Below, one piece after another: positions 57,238 to 64,000 of a stretch of 64,000 nt of DNA. Numbering within the stretch: position 1 is the first letter of the stretch; each line of letters begins with the position of its first letter. Both the position numbers and the translations under genes were made by a program. This DNA comes from Octopus vulgaris (Eukaryota): contig OX597825.1 in NCBI GenBank assembly GCA_951406725.2, forward strand, positions 87,792,001 to 87,856,000, given 5' to 3'. The notes beneath the pieces are model-generated. The model ran no database searches, was not told where the DNA came from, and saw only the letters and a program-made list of their open reading frames with translations.

Positions 57238-58284
57238 GTATATATATTTGTGAATGTATGTATATGAATAAATGCACGTGTGTGTGTGTGTATGTGTCTG
57301 TATTAACTGATGTTTGGAAGCATTTTCGTTCTTTGTTTTATTCGTATAATACATATTTAAATGCATAACATATTTTATGTGGGAATTCATACATATTGTG
57401 TATAAATTTCATCATTATATATTTTATGTATATTTCTCACAAAATCACGGTTTATAAAAAGAAATTTTAAAAAAATTAGATTACTAGGCTGGAACACAAA
57501 TAACAAATGAACGAAACGCAATGCTACAATCAACCCCAAATTCCAATTCTACCAAATGAAAGTTAGTCACACTTTTAACAACTACGTTGAAGATCGCAAG
57601 TTAGTAACACTAATACATTATTATATACTTTGTACGAGACACTTAACTTTGGATGTGAAAGTCTACAAGAAAGAGTATCCAATAAAATAAGAAATATCGT
57701 TTATTCATATAGCAGCAATTTACTCTGGGGAACACTTCATGACCGGATGGATTTGTTATTAATGATTCATGAGCAGCTGGTTAATTGCGAAAATTCAGCT
57801 GCATAAAATTTCGATAAGTTTTAGGAAGTAGCAAACTGAAATATCATCATTATGTTTAGAAGTAACCCCAAATTGCTAAACCAGCAAATTAAACCAATGT
57901 TTAAGGTAGAAATTATTAACATAACCAGTTGTAATAATTTGTTAACAACGGAGCTAATGTTAACGAATGAAACGAAACTAATTTAATTCAAATGGAATTG
58001 TGATTTTGTGGTTGCATTTCTTATAATCATTCTAATATGTTAACTTTTTCATTATTTAATTAGATTAAACAAATAATAAATTATGATTTGACAAGTAGTA
58101 TTCATATCATAAATGATGCAATTTAGCTAATTATCACGACTAATATATTAGATGAGAATGTGGGTGCATGTTTGTAATGATAATTATGTGTTTGTTTTAC
58201 GAAACAAACATTCGCTATTCATACCTATTCATAACAACACTTTGGTAAGATGAATAAAAGCAAGCGTGAATAACAATAAATATT

Positions 58285-58683
58285 GCTTCCAAAGTTTGGC
58301 AGAAGACCAGCAATTTCTAGGGAATTATTTAAGTCGATTATATCGACCCCATTACTCAATTAATACATCGGTGGTATTTGGACTTAGAAATTAATGTCTG
58401 AAGAAATGTTGCAAAGAATTTTATCGGTGTGGTAAGGATTCTGCCAGATCACCGCCATATAAGGACAAATAAACGTTGGCTTAAAATTTGTTGCACAAGT
58501 CCAGCAATTTTGGAGGAGAGAGTATGTTACATGGGCCCCAGTAGTCAGCTGGTACTTATTTTATCGACACGAAAAAGTGAAGAACAAAGTCGAACTCGAT
58601 GTCATTTGAACACGAAACATTAAGACGGACGAAATACCACTAAGCCTTTTGTCCGGCGTGCTAACGATTCTGCCAGCTTGCCA
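58285..58683 (-). mobile_element. Two tandem diverged SINE copies, family of 63580-63810
   Basis: Plus strand reads CCGGCGTGCTAACGATTCTGCCAGC (58653-58678) and CGGTGTGGTAAGGATTCTGCCAG (58425-58447). Confidence 0.75.
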
Positions 58684-61434
58684 CATTAAAAATGGAAGTC
58701 AATTCACTGTTGTTTCTTATTTTGATATTACTTAATATTATTCGTAGACCAAAAACGTCAGCATTATTTAATAGAAAGAATTTCAATGGTCCAATATTTT
58801 TATAGTTCCAATATTCAGTGCTACAACAATATCCGTTCATATGCAATATAGAAAAAGTCAGTTTTACATTTAAATTTAGATTGTTTCTTCCGAACAGCAT
58901 GTGAGACTGTTCGTTTCTGTGAATTAAAATGGAGCTCAAATTACAGAGAAATTCATGAGAGAACAGGCAACTGTTCGAAGAATTAGTGTGAGCAATTCTT
59001 CGATAGTTAATGTGCATTTTATAACTTGAATTACATCAAAAAATGATTGATTGATGATATCGAGATTATTTCACAATTGATAAACGTAATAGTTAGTAAC
59101 TTTAATAAGAATGTGTTTAGAATGAAAGGCGGTGTGTGTAGTTCTTCGAGTAATTCCGAAACTAGACAGTCCAAATATCTTGCTGATAATGACTAACGTC
59201 TGTAGGTTTGTTTTACATAGATTTGAAAACGAAATAATTTTTCGAAAAAGCAGTTCTGGGAAGGAAGATATTTTAGGAAAGAATTCATTATCTAGTGAAG
59301 ACTTTCAAGGACATGCAATGTAGAAATTTCAGTTTCTAATTGCATACACTTGGAAGAATGTGATGAGCTGAGGCTGTTATTGCGCTAATAGAAAATATTA
59401 TTTTACATAATTATTGCACAGTATATTTTAGGCATTTCTAAAAATATCAGTTAGGAATTGAATGATGGTAGTTTAGTTTAAATTTGCGAGACAGACATAG
59501 TAAGTTACGCGTTAACGATAAAGAACAATTCATGAAAATGAGGCAGTTAGTGGCCATCATCTTTCATAATTTAATATAACACGTAAGGTGTAGGGTACCG
59601 AGTATCTAATCAGGGATATTTATGACTGGAGATTCCAGTTTTTACATGATATTAAAACATGGTATAAATTCGTTTTGTTAGAAGCACTTACATAAATGAG
59701 AATCACGGTCATTGTGTCAATATGAAACTTACTTATATTCATTTAACAAAAACTAATTAATTATGAAAGCATGTATTAATTGTTGTCTCACTAAGTTTAT
59801 CAAATTAAAAATGAAACATATTGTGTGATGATTTTCTCATTAATTCTTTCGACTAAATTTCCGATAACCAAAGTTTCTAAATTTAAAAAATAAACGAACA
59901 AACAAACAAAAGCAATGTGCGACACGACTTAAATTTAAGTACTCTCTCAGTGTATTTAAATTTCCCTTTGTTATAAATTAATATGTTTAATTTAATCAAA
60001 TATGTCAATGTAAGTGTACAAGATAATTTCTAAACTGCTTTAAAAGCGTCAATGAAATAACTTACTCCGGTGACAGACATTGATAATTTTATGATAAATG
60101 TATGAACGTAAGCAATCTTTGAATATTAAACAATAAGCGCCAACACATTTGCGTTTCTATCTTTTTTTTCCCTCGTACAATTTTAGAAATTATTGAAGGT
60201 AGACATAAGCACAAGGCGTATAGCTTGAACCATACATTTCTCCCTGCAATCGAAAGATAAATTTTCTGTTTCAACATTAGAAACTGATTGCAATTTTACA
60301 GAAATGTATTGTAATATGTGGTAAAAAGATGTCTTGCGAAATTGCTTAATTTAAATATGATTTAACTATTTATATCATACTTTCGATAAAAGATAATAAT
60401 ATAAGATTTCTAAGAAAGCTTCAGGAAATCAGTGACTTGTAATCTGTTGATAGCAGAAAAGACAAGGGAGGAAATGTCTTACATTGAGTAAGCTGGGGTC
60501 GACCAAAACTGATCTATTGTTACTTCAAGAAGGCTTTTAAAAATAGGAAATCTTACAAAGAGGTATAAACATTTTTCGCGAACAACCAAAAAGAAAAGAA
60601 ATTAGGAAGCGCTCAAAAATGCAGGCATCCAAATGTGATATTTATTTGTGTAAATAAAAAATTTATCACATTTTTCTGAGAATATTCTGTACATAAAGCA
60701 TTCCCTAGCTTGCCTTGTTATTTGGAAATATGCAAAGAAAAGTGCGATACTATTATATATGCTAAGAAAAGATTTCATATTGAAATGTATATAAATTTAA
60801 AATTAAATTAGTTTCTAGCATTTTTTTTAATATTGCACAATCAGCAGAAAAGGCAAAATATTTTCTTTCACGAGGTTGACAGTGAGTTAGGAAATTAGTT
60901 TATGAGTTTGTCATTGTTAGAATTTGAGGAAAATATTAGTAAGGCCTTCGGTTACAGATGTGTATAATACGTGGTATAGGAGCCAAACCCCATTTTCAAT
61001 GTACAATAATTTTCTGAGAAAGAAATCGTGACAAAACATACCGCCTGAAATGTGTCATGATTATTATGGTTCAATATATACCACCTTCTATACATCGTTA
61101 TAGAAAAAGGATATATATATATATATGCATATATGTATATATTTTGCTGCAGGATATATCTGAAAACGTAATGCAGACACCCATACACCCCCACACGTAT
61201 ATATATAATCGCTATGATACCGAGTATGTTCTGCAGTGCAATCCGTGTTTTAGTTTCCATATTAAACCTACTATTCAGAAAAAAAAATAATAATAACAAA
61301 TACAAGTTTACTTATAAAGGTTTCATTAGGCTGATACTCGAGTTCTGCCCTCACTTATTTTAATTTATCTGGTTTCTAAGAAGTTCATTTGCCCACGCGC
61401 GCAAACGCACAAACGCGCACACATGCATGCATGT

Positions 61435-61465
<31 letters not shown>

Positions 61466-61974
61466 CACACACATACATTTAAGCATATATGTATGTGAGC
61501 TAATACTTATGTATAAGTATAGGTGTACATGTACGTATACGAATCTACATGTTTTCCACATGTATAAATATGCATACATACGATCACTTCCACGGGAGGG
61601 AAACCCACGCAATTATCTTGCACACAATTTTAATGATATAAAAATCTAACGAAATAGGATGTCGGGATACGAAGCAATAAGAACAAACGCCTACATCATT
61701 TGGCCACAATAAGCTTCCTCCCACATATAATAGTTATAGGTACAATCGCACACTATTTTCAAGGCATCATTCAATTGATAAGGTAGCGCTAATATATACG
61801 GTGTAACAAAATATATGTGTCTATCTGTCTATCAATCTGTCTATCAACCTGTCTATCTGTCTATCTATCTATCTTTCTATCTATATGCCTATCCATCTGT
61901 CTATCTATCTGTCTATCTATCTGTCAATCTATCTGTCTGTCTCTCTCTGTCTGTCTGTCTCTCTGTCTTATTGA

Positions 61975-62150
61975 GGGCAACGTGTTGGCAGAAACGTTAC
62001 CACGCTGGGCAAAATGATTAGCAATCCTTTTTACGTCCTGAGTCAAACTTCGATGTTGACTTTGCCATTCATTATTTAGGGGTTGATAAAATAAGTACCA
62101 GTTAAACAGTGAGGTCGATACAATCAACTTGCCTCCCCGCTGCCGAAATA
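61975..62150 (+). mobile_element. SINE, family of 63580-63810, diverged
   Basis: TGGCAGAAACGTTACCACGCTGGGCAAAATG...GGGGTTGATAAAATAAGTACCAG. Confidence 0.75.
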
Positions 62151-62191
62151 TTTTCGGCTTTCAAACTTATAATATATGTATGTACATACAC

Positions 62192-62236
<45 letters not shown>

Positions 62237-62710
62237 CCTCTGTATGTGAGTGTGTGTTTGCGAACATAAATACAGCATCAGTGTCTGATTGAAATATCTT
62301 CGGCGATTATAAAAGTAAATATTTTCACTGATTCACTATATTTCGCATCAATAATTCTTTCACGGACACTTAGTAATTAATCCCTTTAGGATTATACACT
62401 TTTATGTATTAAAATATTTTATTGGAAAGTAATATATTCTATCTGGTGGAACACCGTTTCCCTATCCCCATCTTGTCTTTTACAATTTGCAGATTTTCGT
62501 TATCAATACGTTTTATCAAATATATTACTGCTGGCCATTTTTCCGTACTTAATAAATCAATGTTCACTTATCAGTTTTATATGAGTGAATATTGCGGTGC
62601 CATCTCAATAAATCTGTTTGTTTTCTCTGTGTTCATCAAAATAATAGAACACAAATGGGATTACATATTGTAAATTATCCTTTTAACTGTATACATAGAC
62701 ACAAACATTT

Positions 62711-62744
<34 letters not shown>

Positions 62745-62856
62745 TATATATATGTATACATAAATACATATACATTCACATATATTTTTATGTATATGTG
62801 TGGGTATATATGTGTGTATATATATCTAAATATATATATATATGTAAATGTATATT

Positions 62857-62923
<67 letters not shown>

Positions 62924-63579
62924 GTATTTTATTCGCTTCCAGGATTTTTCATGTTACTTGAACATATTTAAAAATTCCTCCCGATTCTGTTAAATACCAT
63001 TTTTTTAAATGTCATTATTCGCACGATCCCTTTGTTATGGTTGAATGGATCATGTTGTGTTCCGTGCAGAGATACATGACAACCTATAATCATCCCTAAC
63101 AAACCAGGTAAATGCATCACCAATATGGTTATAATTAACTTCACACTAAAACCAATGATAAAACACAAAAACACTAAAATTTTCAAAACAACATTTTATT
63201 GGCAACTAACCTCTTTCAGGTAAAGTTTTCAAAATACTTCCAGTTATGGAATATTATTTACCAATTTGATTCTGATGCTGAAAGTTTTGAAGTGGAAGCC
63301 CGGAAGTTTATATGACACCCATTCACTGTTACAAATTTCCATATAAACATGGAATACGAAGGAAAAGTAAAACTTTGAGCAACGAAACAACGATTTCACA
63401 GTAAAGAAAATGATTATAAAGCTCAGAATATATAGCTCGTTAAATGTAAGTGTGAATGTTGAAAGAGCACAGAGAAGAGGGCGCTGATGCTAAGTCAATA
63501 AATAATGAAAATAATCACATGGCTGAGAACATCATATCTTACATTGTTCAGCGAGAGGTTAATGGTATGAGAGGTTAAT

Positions 63580-63810
63580 GGCGGCGAGCTGGCAGAAACG
63601 TTAGCACGCCGGGGGAAATGCGAAGCCGTATTTCGTCTGCCGTTACGTTCTGAGTTCAAATTCCGCGGAGGTCGACTCTGCCTTTCATCCTTTCGGGATC
63701 GATAAATTAAGTACCAGTTACGGACTGGGGTCGATGTAATAGAATTAATCCCTTTGTCTGTCCTTGTTTGTCCTCTCTGTGTTCAACCCCTTGTGGGTAG
63801 TAAAGAAATA
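63580..63810 (+). mobile_element. Full-length young tRNA-derived SINE with LINE-type tail
   Basis: Head GGCGGCGAGCTGGCAGAAACGTTAGCACGCCG, B box GAGTTCAAATTCC, central GCCTTTCATCCTTTCGGGATCGATAAATTAAGTACCAG (Meta-domain-like, from recall) and tail CCCCTTGTGGGTAGTAAAGAAATA. Confidence 0.85.
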
Positions 63811-64000
63811 GATATGAAGATGTATACGTTAACATTTGTAACGTTATTCTTCCCGAAAAGGTGCAGGAAATGCCTTAATGTTATACGTGACAAAAAAAAT
63901 GATTTAAAATATATGTTTATATACATACACATACATACCTACACGTTTATACATACATGTACATTTCAGCAAACACAGACACACACATTCACGAGCACAT

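Noticed and set aside
58661-59600. Leu-rich, LRR-like decayed frames on the minus strand; also ORFs 54545-54883 and 62968-63186
   Set aside because: No consistent motif or splice structure; compatible with random AT-rich sequence.

Overview
AT-rich, repeat-dominated eukaryotic (animal) DNA. The SINE families, very long (TA)n/(CA)n tracts and TE content look like an octopus/coleoid cephalopod genome; this is inferred from recalled repeat families, not from a search. I found no convincing intact host gene, and most ORFs in the track are microsatellite artefacts. The window holds mariner and Tc1 remnants, three 5'-truncated CR1-group LINE copies at (TA)n tracts, several Penelope-like (PLE) remnants with RT or GIY-YIG motifs, PLE-type foldback elements carrying hammerhead-ribozyme motifs, a decayed R4/Dong-type RLE element next to (TAA)n, and many tRNA-derived SINEs. 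The most striking structure is a 6.08-kb non-autonomous Helitron (27416-33493, minus strand) that carries a decayed fragment of an L1/Tx1-type ORF1. That fragment is split by a head-to-tail array of three ~1.6-1.7 kb retroelements that encode only ORF1 (RRM-like region, CCHC knuckle, unknown C-terminal domain; no RT or endonuclease). A 23-bp target-like duplication marks the insertion, and the elements share their 3' tail with a local SINE and a LINE-like 3' end. This suggests a site-specific, ORF1-only (HAL1-like) retroelement that targets the ORF1 of a relative.
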